Shown piece after piece: positions 11,401 through 23,693 of a stretch of 64,000 nt of DNA. The stretch is taken from positions 13,236,224 to 13,300,223 of the forward strand of contig NC_057754.1 of the NCBI RefSeq assembly GCF_004010195.1, read 5' to 3'. The position numbers were made by a program, and so were the translations under genes. Below the pieces are notes generated by a model. That model ran no database searches and was not told the DNA's origin. It worked only from the letters and a program-made list of their open reading frames with translations. How positions within the stretch are numbered: the first letter of the stretch is position 1; the number at the start of each line of letters is the position of its first letter. This stretch comes from Chiloscyllium plagiosum. Taxonomy: Eukaryota.

Positions 11401-13974
11401 GTCCCGATGACATCCTCAGGTTAAATACTGCCTTGATATCAAGGCCATTCACTCTTCCCTGAGCCCCTGTGTTCACCTCCTGTTCATATCAATAGGTGAC
11501 AGTGTTATGTGTAGAGAGTGTTTTCCTCTCACAGAGGGTAATCAATGTCAGGAATTATCTGGACTTGAGAGTTAGGGGAGCTACATCACTGAAAGTATAT
11601 AAAGAGGTGGTACATGGATTTTTGACCTGCCAGAGATCTGAGGACTGTAAAGAACTGGGCATTAAGGAGGAGTTAATGATAACAGTCGATCAGCCATGAT
11701 CGTATACAATGGCTTGACCGTCCAAATTACCTATTCCTGTTCCTTATGTTCTCATTTTCTTTAATTTCAATGTAAATGGCTGTAATTTTTCTGGATGTTC
11801 TGTTATTGAATGTTGTAATCAGAGAGAGCAAAACATTTTTGAGTCATCTCTGAGTAAGGGATGGAGCTTTATTCATCATGAATCCTGGTCTAGACCAAGA
11901 CCAACAAATGAAGCACAAGTTGCACAGAGGAGGCACTCTGTAAAGAGACAAGAGGCGTCTTTTGAATCCAGCCTGGATTTCCAAATTTTCTAATCCGTAC
12001 CAATCTGTGTGTGACAGTTTGAGGGATTAAATGAGATCCTGTGTTACTGTGGAACGGGTATTTGGAGCAAATGGCCCCCATCTACACCTTGCATGAGCTG
12101 TGAGAGGCTGAATGCACCATATTAACACGGGACTGTGGAGCAAAAGTGGGTCATCAGACACTTTGTCACTGCTCTACCATGCACTATGATCTCATTAAGG
12201 TCTCAGCAGCACTTTTCTGTCAGTGTACCATTTTCCTACATTAATTTGTCTTTCAAATGTCTAACTTCGACAATTTTGAACAAATGGAAATATCCAGGCA
12301 TCACAAACCTCTGGGGAAGGGAATTCACACCTGAACAACACTTTGAGCATCTCTTGTTCGTGTTCTGATCAATGTTGGAGGGTCACTCATTTCGTTTCCC
12401 TTTCCTCTATTGGTGAAAGCAAATCTTAAATGTAACCAGTTGAGTGTTGTGTCCAATGATATTGTTATCCGATTGGGTAATTTTCTAGAAAGATCTGAGA
12501 CACAGAAAGTTGAACTCTGAACAAATGGTAAAATGATAGAGTGTCCCAAATGTTTTCCTGACTTTGAAGTTATTCTACTCACACAAATGTTTGGGAATGC
12601 GGATTTCTTCCCCGAACATCTGAATTGAGCTGAATTCCCTTTGCTTCGAGCTGTGCAGAGATTCCTATGAATCTTCACCAGGCATCCTCCACGAGTGGTA
12701 AAGATGACTCAGGATTTTTCTGCCCTCGCACCTTGTTTTCAAGCAGAACAAAGTAAGAGAGAGAGACCAATTGGCTGCTGCTTCTGAGGCAAGTAACATT
12801 TTTCTCCGTCTCTGTGTGAAAAATACAATAATGTCAACTGAACACCAAACTGGACCATGTGCACTCTCCATGTACATTCTCTGGAATGGATGATAATAGA
12901 CTGCATGCTGTATGCAGCATCATTGCTATTGTTGTGCACAGTGCCTTTAATTAGCAAAAGAAAGAAATGTGCCCGCTTTATAATTTGATGACATGCATAC
13001 ATGCGTCTGCGTAATTTTTCAAAATGGGTTTATATCTTCATAACATTTGTGTTAATGCCAATGCATCTCATTCAAAAAAATGTTATCTAGCTTTAGTCTT
13101 CTTAACAAGAGAAAATATATATCCAGCTGAAAGACTTCTCTGAAAATCTTTGTTCAATAAGATTTCTCAACTAATATCTAAACAAATAATCTCCGATAAC
13201 AAAAGGCCTTCATTTCAAGAATGAGTAAGGGGAAGCATCTTTGAACATCTTTGAAAGGAATTGTATCCTTTTTTTAGCTTAGAGGATCAAAACTGCAACC
13301 AGTGTATTTGATGTGGTCCCAGCAATGCCCTGTACAGATACAGTGAAATATTCCTAATTAAACCCAATACCCGTTGCCACAAATATCATCATTCCACTTA
13401 CGTTCCAAATTTCTTGCTGCATCTGCAGACAGGCTTCATATGATTTCATAATATGAAAAACATCTGCATCACAGAGTTCTGCAATCTCTCTCCATTTAAA
13501 TTGTTTCCGACTGCAACAGACAACTCACGTTATATTATTTGTGCTGAAGGTATGCTCACTACCCTTCCCTGTCTACATCATAGTGCAGATTCACTACCTC
13601 CATTTGAAGATATATTGAATGATCGTTTTGGTGTACAACGTAATTCAGCCTAGATCCATTCAGTCCCTTCATCCCGATATTTGACCGGGATTCTTGATCA
13701 TTGATGACCCCACAGTGATCTCTGAGGCAAAACTAGTTACAGTTTTGTTAAAATAAATCATATATCTCAACTGTCTATTCCCTGTTAGTGACAGAATCCC
13801 TGTTCCTGTGCATCAGTTCAGGCGGGTTGAATGGCCTCCTCCTGGGCTGTGTAATGTACTCAACGAGCTGAATGACTTCATTCTATATTCCTGTGTAATT
13901 CCTTAGAGGGGCAGAATGGTATCCTCCCGTCTCATTGTAACGATATAGTCTGGCTGAATGGGATGTCCTCTACC

Positions 13975-14152
13975 CTGTAATCGCATTGAGGGGTGGATTG
14001 AGGGAACAACACATGAAGTAGGGACAGTAGTATATCTCTTTAACAGCCTCGCGGGGAGAATTGAGGGCATATCACATGGGGTAGGGACAGCAGTATATCT
14101 CTGTAACTGCCGGGAGCATGGATTGAGGGAACAACACATGGGATAGGGACAG
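13975..14152. repeat. ~63-bp tandem repeat, about 3 copies
   Basis: g(g/a)attgaggg...cacatg...tagggacag at ~13995, ~14058 and ~14120. Confidence 0.9.
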
Positions 14153-14860
14153 GAGTTGGCCATTTGGCGGCACGATTCAGAATGCTCAGAATGATCTGAG
14201 TGTGTCTGACCATCTGTCTCCTGTCTGTTCCCAATAAACATTAACTCTCCTGTCCGGCAAAGATCAGTCAAGCTCAATCTAGAATACCTTCATTAACCGA
14301 GTCTTCACTGCTCCCTGAGGATGAGGACACAACAGACAGCACAACCCTAAATGGAAAGGGGCATCCTTCTTTCATTGTGAGACCCATTTTGTAAAAACTG
14401 TGTTAACCTCACATCAAATCACTGCCCCTTTTCGGATATAGTGGTACACTAACTAGGAATAGACATTAACCATTCTGCCCTCCAATCTTTTCCCACATTA
14501 CCACTGACACTTTCCAATCAAATATGCTGCTGCTGCTGTCTCAGGAAGAGAATACCTGATAACAGAACAACGCACGAGCATTAAAAAAGGAGCAGAATTA
14601 GACCATTTGGCCTACTGAATCGGATATGCCATTCAATCATTTCTAATACGTCCCTCGACATCATTCTCCTACCTTCTCCCTAGAATCCTTGGTCTCCTTA
14701 TAAATCAAAAACGTATTTATTTGTGTATTAATGGCACTCATGTCTGTGTCTTAATGTGTATTTATGTGTGTGTATGTCTCCATGTGCTTGTTATCTGTGT
14801 ATTTGCGTGACTATGTCTGTCTGTCTTTGTATCAGCCTGTGTGTTTCTATGTGTGTTTGT

Positions 14861-15155
14861 TAGATTAGATTAGATTACTTACAGTGTGGAAACAGGCCCT
14901 TCGGCCCAACAAGTCCACACCGCCCCGCCGAAGCGCAACCCACCCATACCCCTATATTCACCCCTTACCTAACACTATGGGCAATTTAGCATGGCCAATT
15001 CACCTGACCTCACATCTTTGGACTGTGGGAGGAAACCGGAGCACCCGGAGGAAACCCATGCAGACACGGGGAGAACGTGCAAACTCCACACAGTCAGTGG
15101 CCTGAGGCGGGAATTGAACCCGGGTCTCTGGCGCTGTGAGGCAGCAGTGCTAACC
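14861..15155 (-). mobile_element. Young HE1-type V-SINE (tRNA-derived), 5'-truncated within the A box
   Basis: B box GGTTCAATTCC, V domain, (AATCT)n tail; GTTTGT TSD at 14855-14860 and 15157-15162; absent from the paralog at ~32965. Confidence 0.93.
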
Positions 15156-15299
15156 CGTTTGTGTCGATTTGTGAGTGACTGTATACGTTTTCGTGTGCTT
15201 CTATGTGTGTGCATGCTTATCTCCTGGTATGCATTGTGCATGTTAGTATATTGGGGTATTTACCAATACGTCTGTGTATTTCACTGCCCGCATCTCTGT

Positions 15300-15990
15300 G
15301 CAATGGGATATCTGTTCTTCTGCGAATGAGAGAGGTGAGGTTGGAACTGACAGACGGCTTGAATTGTTCTTTACGGAACACTGCTCCTTATTCGGTTGGT
15401 GGGACGTGGATGTTTCAGAATCTCCACACAAGGCCTCCCGGTCCTCTCCGGTTCATACCAGGGTCCTCCGCACATGTCGGGATAGGGGGATGAGGGAACG
15501 GATATCCGGCACTCCACCACCTGGCTTAGCCCTTTCTGTTCTATTCCAGGCTGTTTCTCCTGGAATGGGAGAAAGGGAGGGAATGATTGAGGGTGGCAGT
15601 GGATGGCGCTGCTGTTAGTGCTGGGGTAGGTGAGGTGTGACATGGTGAGATGGCCGGAGGGTATCTGTCCACAGTGTTTTATCCATGAGTACTATTAGTG
15701 TGCGGGACTATTGCGTCAGGGACAGAAAATGTGGGTGAGGGAAGATGCTGAATTCAACAGTAAGAGTGGTCGTGCTTGAGCCTTATTTAGAGTTAGAGTG
15801 TGAGCCTTGATCGAGGGTAGGTGCTATAAGAGACATACAGTGAGTGTGAGGGAGCAGTGAGGATATACGGTGACACTTATCCTGACAGAGCAGGGTGGAT
15901 ATTGATGCTTGTCCTGTATTGCTGGACATTTCTTCAGATCATCTCAACATAGAGATGAGTCTCCCCGAATGTCTTATCCAAGTCTATGAC
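15300..15990 (-). mobile_element. Probable PIF/Harbinger remnant containing a Myb/SANT-like protein exon
   Basis: Polypyrimidine tract + CAG, then TAWNRTERAKPGGGVPDIRSLIPY (15559 down to ~15480), resembling the ..R.ER.KTGGG.P motif; paralog at ~33090-33830. Confidence 0.5.
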
Positions 15991-16149
15991 TAAGAACGAC
16001 ACAGGCTCTGTCCCTCATATTCCACAGAATCAATTTGGGTGGGTCTTACAAGTAGCAAGGAGAAGCAAACTTGTTGTGTTATATGTCCGAACCAAAACTG
16101 TCGCACAAATATTTTCCATCATATGCTCTGGAAATTAGATATGCAACTA

Positions 16150-16505
16150 TATGCAAAGGAAAGCCATGACATACTCATATTATCGCTGGGCTCTTAACCC
16201 AGAGACCCAGGTAATGTTCTGGGTACATAGACTCAAATCCTGCCAAGGCAGATTGTGGAATTTAAATTCGATAAGTATCTGGAATCGAGGGCTGATGATG
16301 ATCAGGAATCCATTGTTGATTGTTGGAAAAATCTCATCTGGTTCACTGATGTCCTTTAGGGAAGGAAACGGCTGTTCCTTACCTGGTCTGGCTTGCGTGT
16401 CACTCCAGATCCAAGGCAACGCTGTTGACTCTTAACTGCTCTCTGGCATGGCCAGTAAATGCTGGTTATCCAGCGAAGCCCTCATCCTGTGAATAAGTAA
16501 CAAAT
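16150..16505 (+). mobile_element. SINE-like element present only in copy 1
   Basis: Decayed tRNA-like head, LINE-like 3' end (taaatgctgg...ccctcatcctgtgaataagtaa); the flanks are contiguous at ~33950 in copy 2. Confidence 0.75.
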
Positions 16506-17787
16506 ACTCGTGGGTTCTGCTGTAATAATGGATGGTGTCAAGTTGCATCGAAACTGCGTTAACTAAGTGAAAAATGTTGTGAAAAATAAATTCCATAAGT
16601 GTATATCAGGTAGGTTGAAGAGTATGTTGTGAACCAAACGAGAGAGCAGATTATTTCGGATTTGGTATTACTAACCTTGCCCTGAAGCAGCTTTGGAGGA
16701 ATAGTGACATTAATATGTTGTGTTTTACACGGTGTCTGCATACAATATGGAATGTTTGAACAATCTGGTCAAACATTATGGAAGCTCAGACGCTAGAGGG
16801 TCAAGTTAGCTCCGATGAAATGGGGAAGCACAAAATAACATTCAGTGGTTGTTAGACTCATAGAGTCTTACAGCACGGAGACAGGCCATTCGGCCCAAAC
16901 TGGTCCATTCCGAACAAACTGTCCATTCACACTAACCCCATTTCCCTGCCATTTTCCTGTATCCTTCTAATCCTTTCCTACCTGTGTATTTGTCCAAGTG
17001 TTTTTTTAAATTTTGTGAATGTACCCGCCTCGACCACTTCTGCTGGCATGTTCATCCCATATGTGTGTAAAAGAAATTGCCCCTCAGGTTCCCTTTTACT
17101 CTTTCCCCTCTGACCTTAAATTGATGCCTTCGAGTCCGTGATCGCCCAATCCTGCGGAAAAAAAGCGACTGAGTGCATTCACTGTATCCATGCCTCGCAT
17201 GATCTTATACACTACTATCACATCCCTCTCAATCTCATACATGTTAAAGTAAAAACCCCTAGCTTTTCCAACCTCTCCCTATAAGACAGACCATTGAGTC
17301 TTGGCAATATCCTTGTAAATTTCTTCTGCACTCTTTCCAATTTAATAACATCCTTCCTCGAGCAAAGTGAACAAAACTGAACATGACGCTACAAGTATGG
17401 ATTCGCCAGCATCTTGTATAACTGCAACATAACTCCTTAATTTCGATACTCGGTGCTCTGACTGATGAAGGACAGTGTGCAAAATGCCTTTTTCAGTGCC
17501 TTGTCTCATGGGACTCCACTTACAGAGAACCATGCCCTTAAACTCCAAGGTCCCTTTGTTCCACTACACTCCTTAAGACCCTGCCATTCACCATCAAACC
17601 CCTAGCTTGATTTGACTTTCTAAAATGCAAGAACTTACACTCATCTGTATTAAACTCCATTTGCTATTTCACGGCCCACTTCCCCACCTGATCAAGGTAC
17701 TGCTGTAATTTCTGAAATTTCTGATAATCTTCCACACTGTCCACAATCCCGCCTATTATAGTGTCACCTTGAAACTTACAAATCATG

Positions 17788-17999
17788 GAGGAGAAAGTGA
17801 GGTCTGCAGATGCTGGAGATCAAAGTTGAAACTTTATTGCTGAAACAGCACAGCAGGTCAGGCAGCATCCAGGGAACAGGAGATTCGACGTTTCGGGCAC
17901 AGGCCCTTCTTCAGGAAGAAGGGCCTGTGCCCGAAACGTCGAATCTCCTGTTCCCTGGATGCTGCCTGACCTGCTGTGCTGTTCCAGCAATAAAGTTTC
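17788..17999. mobile_element. Young Penelope-derived fold-back element with a minimal hammerhead core
   Basis: 90-bp arms (17823-17912, 17915-18004) with one mismatch and a 2-nt spacer; 15-bp TSD AACTTACAAATCATG at 17773-17787 and 18000-18014; empty site at ~35262-35276. Confidence 0.92.
17880..17917 (-). ncRNA. Putative minimal hammerhead ribozyme (Penelope type)
   Basis: UUC-CUGAAGA-A-GGGC-CUGU-GCCC-GAAAC-GUC-GAA: catalytic boxes, 4-bp stem II, GUC triplet, no intramolecular stem III. Confidence 0.65.
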
Positions 18000-18056
18000 A
18001 ACTTACAAATCATGCCTGTACATTCTCATCTAAATCATAAATATGCGTAATAAGTG

Positions 18057-18081
18057 AATATATATATATATATATATATAT
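18057..18081. repeat. (TA)n microsatellite
   Basis: Directly visible; sits where copy 1 lacks ~100 bp present in copy 2. Confidence 0.9.
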
Positions 18082-18599
18082 TCTTCTTCCTATCATCAAG
18101 CCAATTTTGGATCTTATTTGCCAGTTCCCCCTCAATTCCATGTGATCTAACCTTCCAGAGCAGCATACCATGTGGAAACTTATTGAAGGCCTTACTGAAA
18201 TCCATATAGACTATTTCTGCAACCATGTCCTTATCAAAACTACTGGTCACTTCATCAAAGCACGCTAACAAATTTGTGAGCCATGATCCCCCATGCACAA
18301 AGCCCTGTCTTCCCAAATGCATGTATATCTTCTCTTTCAGAATCTTCTCAAGTAACTTAACTGCTACAGATTTTAGGTTTCCTGGTCTATAGTTCCCCAA
18401 TTTTTTTTGCAGCCCTTCTTGAATAATGGCACAGCATTCGCTACTCGCCAGTCTTCCGGGATCTCACCAGTTGGCTACTGATGATGCAAAAGTAACAACC
18501 AGGGCCATCTATTTCTTCTCTGACCTCTTGAAATGATCCTGAATATATCTGGTCAGTACCAGGAGATTTATACAAATACTACGAAGTCTGAAAAATATG

Positions 18600-21500
18600 T
18601 CTATTTATTTCAGGTAAAAAACACCAAAGAGTGAGAAAGTGATTTAACAATGATTATCATAAGAAATTAAAGATTATATTCATCACAGGAAGTGACTTCA
18701 GAAGAATTCTAGACATTGTGGAATCCTGAGAATTCTCGGAAAATTGTGATCCAGAAAAGGAGCGCCATGAATCTGGTAAGGAAATCAAAAAGTGAACATG
18801 CATGTAAACAAATAGGAACACAAAGACTGAATAAATCCATGATCTATATTTCAAAGGGGAAAAAAAAAAGCATCGTCAAATGTGGAAATTTTCAATTGGG
18901 AGAGACGAGTTTATTGTGGATAACTTGGAAATGACCAAGCAAATAACCAGTTACTTTGCTTCTGTCTTCATGGAGGGAGATCCAGAAAATCACCCAGAAA
19001 TACGAAGTGATCATATAGGTCTTGTGGAACGAAAGACATAAAGTCAATTGATATCAGAAATAAGGCTTTACTTGAACATGCAGCTGGATTGAGCATTGCT
19101 AAGGTTGACAAACCAGACGTACTTCATACTAAAATCTTCAGGAATAAACCACTAATAGAAGTATTAATGTCGATGACTGTGTTCTATTTTCCAGTGCATT
19201 CTGCAGAGTCTGGAAGCCATTGTAGATAAATGGACATTAGTAAATGTGATCCAAGCACTATAGATGAACGGAAGGGATCCAAGTATCTACAAAGGGAAGA
19301 AGATATAGTGTGGAGAACTGCAGACCAATTAACTTGACAATTGTCGGGAAACTGTTGGAATCTATTATATAGGATGTGATATTACTTATTTAGAAATTAA
19401 CATCAACATTGGAGAAAATCAGTATGCACGTCTGAAAGGGAAATTATACTAGACAAGCTTTGGAATTGCTTGAAGTTGATTCTTACAGTATAGATATTGG
19501 GGAACCGTAGAATTGGCAAATTTTCGATTATCAGAAGGCTTTCTATAAGAAATCACACAATGAGTTTGTAAATGTAATGAATGTCAAGGGTATTTGGAGG
19601 AATATATGCAAGTGATAAGTTAAAGTTTGGATTCCCTTCCTTTAAGGGATTCAGAATATAGATGTAAAAACATGTTGAAGCAGTTTAACAGCGTGTTGGT
19701 GAGAACTGTGTCTGGAATATTGAGTACAGTTTTCGTGACCAAATCTGAGAAAGAATATACTGACCACAGAGGAAGTGCAATGGACGTTCTCCAGATTAAT
19801 CCCTCAGTTGGCGAGATTGCGTGTTGAGGAAACTTGGCCTTTGTTCTCGAAACTATCAAAGAATGAGAGGCGAGTCACTGAAATTTATAAAATTCACAAA
19901 ACATGTGACAAGTTGGAAATTAACAGGATGTTTCTCCGGCTGTCTAATCCACATTTAAAATAAATAATGGCAGGATAAAGGACGACCATTTAAAACTGCC
20001 ATAAGGAGGAGATTCTGCCCACGTAGGGGACTAACTAACACAGGGGCATGGAAACTTGCTGACAGGGCAAGATAACGGAGAATGCCCAAAAATTCTACAA
20101 GTGTGTCCAGCAGAACAGAATAATCAGGGAACAGGTAGGACTCATTAGTGACTTGCCAAGTTGCATGCAAATGAACTTTAGTGGTAGGAGACAGAAGGTG
20201 ATGGTAGACGGCTACTTGTGTGACTGGAGGCAAGAGTCCAATGGTATACCACAGGGATCAGTGCTGTGCCCCTTATTATTTGTGATTCGGAGGTGCTGGT
20301 GTTGGACTGGGTGGACAATGCTATAAATCGCATAACACCAGGTTAGAGTCCAACAGGTTTATTCGGTGGCATTAGCTTTCGAAGCGCTGCTTCTTCATCA
20401 AAGCGCACAATCACCTGATGAATCAGCAGCGCTTCGAAAGCGAGTGCCTCCGAATAAACCTGTTGGACACTAACGTGATGTTGCGTGATTTTCCACTTTA
20501 ATATTTGTGGTATTGATACATAATGTAGCTGTGAATATGGAGGAGGTGTAGGGAGTGTTATAAGTCAGTTTGTATTTGATACGCGGATTGGCCGGTCGGT
20601 TGGCAGTGAGGAGGAAGGCCTGAGGTTATGGGAAGATACAGATGGAATGGTCAGCTGGGAAGATCAATGGCAGATGGAATGTAACCCTGATAAATATGAG
20701 GTGATACACTTTGGAAGATGGAACCAGACAGGGGAGGATTCAATAAATGGCAGCATAATAGAAAGCTCAGAGGGTGCTTCTCCACACATCCCTGAATGTA
20801 ACTGTACAGGTTAATACACAATTTGGGAAAGTATAGGGGACTGTAAACATAACCTTGATTCATTGAGGCACAGATTATAAGAGCTATGCAGAACTTTGGT
20901 GAGACCAAGATGTAATACTGTGTGTAGTTCTGGGAACCACATTACAGGAAGGATATGATTGTACTGGAGGGGGTGCAGAGGAGATTCACCAAAATGTTCT
21001 CCGGCTTGGAGCATATCAGCTATGGAGAGAGGCTGGATAAGCTCGGGTGTTTAGTTTGGAGCAGAGAAGGCTGAGGGGGCCGTGATTCAGAAGGATAGCA
21101 TTATGAGGAGCGTGGACAGGGTAATGGACAGCAGCTGTACCTTTTAGTCAAATGGCCACACTTTTAAAGTGAAGGGTTTGCGGTTTAGTGAAGATTTGAG
21201 GATTGTTTTTCACCCAGAGGGTGTTGGGGTCTGAAGTGCACTTCCCGAGAGGGGAGTTCTCATGATAAACTCAAAATCATTAGAAAATACACTGTAGTGC
21301 ACTTGAAATGCCTTAAGACTCACGGCGACGGTTGTTGTGTCGGAAAGTGGGTCTAATGTAGACCGTGCTGTATTTCTGATAGTACACAGTCTTTGCTTCT
21401 GTGATTGTATGACTGTGGAAGGACAATCACTGAGTACCTTAAAATAGGAATTGATAGGTTTATGAAGAATATCTTAACAACGTTTATAAGACAGAACTTG

Positions 21501-23070
21501 TAATATTTTCAGAAAATATGTCAATGGCAAAATTAAGAGACAAAAAATGTGCACCTTTCTTACAGTCTGATACCAGTGAATTGAGGACCGGGAAGTAGCC
21601 GAACTATGGAGCAAATACTTCAGTTATGCCTTCACAGAGGAAAACAAAACAAAAAAGAAAACTTCCTAGCAATACTCGGGAACTTTAGTCTGATGAGAAA
21701 AAGCGAATAGAATGAAATTAACAACTAAACAGTTTAGAGAAAGTATCGGACTGAAATTAATGGGCATAGACAAAGTCAACAGAGATTTGTGAAATGGGAA
21801 TCATATTTGAGAAAGTGGCTTTTAGCAAAATTATGGAGAAGCTGTCAATGCAATATGAGTGTAATCTCAGAAAGATTTTTGATAAAGCCCCAAACCTATT
21901 TTGCAAATTCGAATCCTGTGTGACTGGAGCTATTATATCGTCATGGTTTTCGTAGGGCAAAGCTGGCAGGAAACACTGAGTAGGTATAAAACATTTTTCT
22001 TTAAATGGAAGGCTAGGAAGATATAGCAAGGATCGTGGCTTGGGCCCCAGCTATTCCCAACACACGTCATATATTTGGTTCAGTGTCTCAAATGCAATAT
22101 TCTCAAGTTTGCTGCCAGCACTAAACGATGTCAGCTTGTGAGTGGGTGAGGAGGATGTAAAAAAGCTGAAAGGTGACTAAGACAAGTGAAATGACTGGGC
22201 AAATGCGTGGCAGATGGAGAGCAATGGCAGATATGAGATGTTGTGTACTTTGATGGGAACAATAGAATGGCAGCCTCTCATTTGAAAAGGGAGTGGTTGA
22301 AAAATGTTGCTCTATAAAGGAACTTAAGCAGCATTTTCGTTTATTTCTGAGCAGCCCTCCGAATACATGCAGGACAGTGAGTTCTGAAGCCAGAAGTCAA
22401 TACTGGGAATGGCATTGGGACGCTGACCAGTGTGTATAGACCCCGCAAGTGGGGAGCTGTAACATTGAAAAAAATCTGGATCACCTTTTACACCAGTTAC
22501 TGAAAGCAATATTGCAGGAGCAGAAAGCAGGTAGGCAGATAAATGGTGTATTCACCTTCGTTTCAGGGGAATTGAGTACAGGAGTAAGAGTATCTTACTT
22601 CAACTGTACAGGGCCTTGGTGAGACCCCATCTCGAACATTGTACAGTATTGTGTGCAGTTTTGGTCTCCTTACCCAATAAAGGACAAAACTGACATTGAA
22701 GGAGGGCAGTGAAGGATGACCAGACTGATCTCTGGGATGACAGACTTGTTGTGAGAGCAGAGTTTGGGGCGACGGGACCTGCATTCCATGGGGTTTAGGA
22801 AAATGAGTGGTGATCACAGTGAAATATATAAAACTCTGACAGGCGAGACAGATTGGAAGCTGGCTTGGACTTCGAAAACAAGGGGCCAGAACATTAGGTA
22901 CGTAGAGGCATTGAGATGAGAATAAATGCCTGCACCCAGAGACTGGCGAACTAGGGGTACCCTCTCCCAGCATGGGCTGTGGAAACCAATTGCTGAATAT
23001 AAATAAGGATTTCTGGAAATTAAAGGGATTTGGAGAGAGCGGAGTATCGTGTGAAGATAGAAGATCAGCT
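18600..23070 (+). mobile_element. Nested, heavily decayed CR1/L2-group LINE fragments
   Basis: Remnants of NYRPI.LT, DFQKAF, GIPQGSVL, LVRP.LEYC and LEGVQRRFT motifs in broken frames; paralog ~36000-40390. Confidence 0.8.
20285..20496. mobile_element. Older fold-back element of a second Penelope family, with hammerhead-like cores on both strands
   Basis: Inverted repeat centred ~20407; + strand CTGATGA-A-TCAGC-AGC-GCTTC-GAAAGCGA; - strand TTGATGA-A-GAAGC-AGC-GCTTC-GAAAGCTA; flank CCTTATTATTTGTG at 20271-20284 is repeated imperfectly at ~20497-20509. Confidence 0.8.
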
Positions 23071-23077
23071 ATCAGTC

Positions 23078-23693
23078 CAGGTTGTTCTCCAATAACTCAA
23101 TAGCTGTGTTCCTGTGCAACACTGTGTTGTAGAAAATCGTGCAATATTAATAATGGGGTCTATGGAAAAAAGAGGATAATAGGCGAAACCCCCAAATATC
23201 AGTAAAGCCAAAAATTTAATTTAGTCTAACACACACACACTAGCAGTCTAAATAAATCTTTAAATCACATATTGTAATAAAACAGTGCTGTAAATGTAAC
23301 ACTTTCAAACGACAGGTTTGAAAGGTACACTACAAACGCTTCACCAGAAAGCGCGTGGGGCTGACTGAACACGTGATGCCGATGGGAAAATTCCAGTTCT
23401 CCTCAAGATTCTCCCCACAGTTTGAAATAAAGCTCTTTCTAAATGAATACTACAATTCCCCGTTTCAGGCTCAGTTTCAAAGCTTCCAGAGCGCATTGCA
23501 TTCCTGTTTTAGCTGAACACATTGATTGTACATTTTGCAGACAGAGGATCCTGAGGCTGGGTTTGCTGTTCAGCTGGTTCCCGGCAAGGAATTGCGTCAC
23601 AATGAACGGGAGTTCACTTTATGGAAAAAGGTTCACGAATCACATTGCAGCCAAATTTTATTTAATCAACACGCGTTATCTGAGAACTGCCCG
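23078..23693. mobile_element. Tc1/mariner (Tigger/pogo-like) non-autonomous DNA transposon
   Basis: Imperfect terminal inverted repeats caggttgttctccaataac / gttatctgagaactgcccg followed by TA; interrupts a CR1 tail; absent at ~1575. Confidence 0.7.

Larger units (their letters stand above)
16853..18570 (-). mobile_element. CR1 LINE, RT domain and 3' UTR (decayed)
   Basis: GNYRPGNL...QGFVHGGSWLTNLL.CFDEVT...VYMDFSKAFNKFPHG...IQNWL; tail at the left end; paralog ~34338-35965. Confidence 0.92.

Noticed and set aside
17823..18004. miRNA precursor or terminator
   Set aside because: The TSD, the empty paralogous site and related copies show it is a mobile-element insertion
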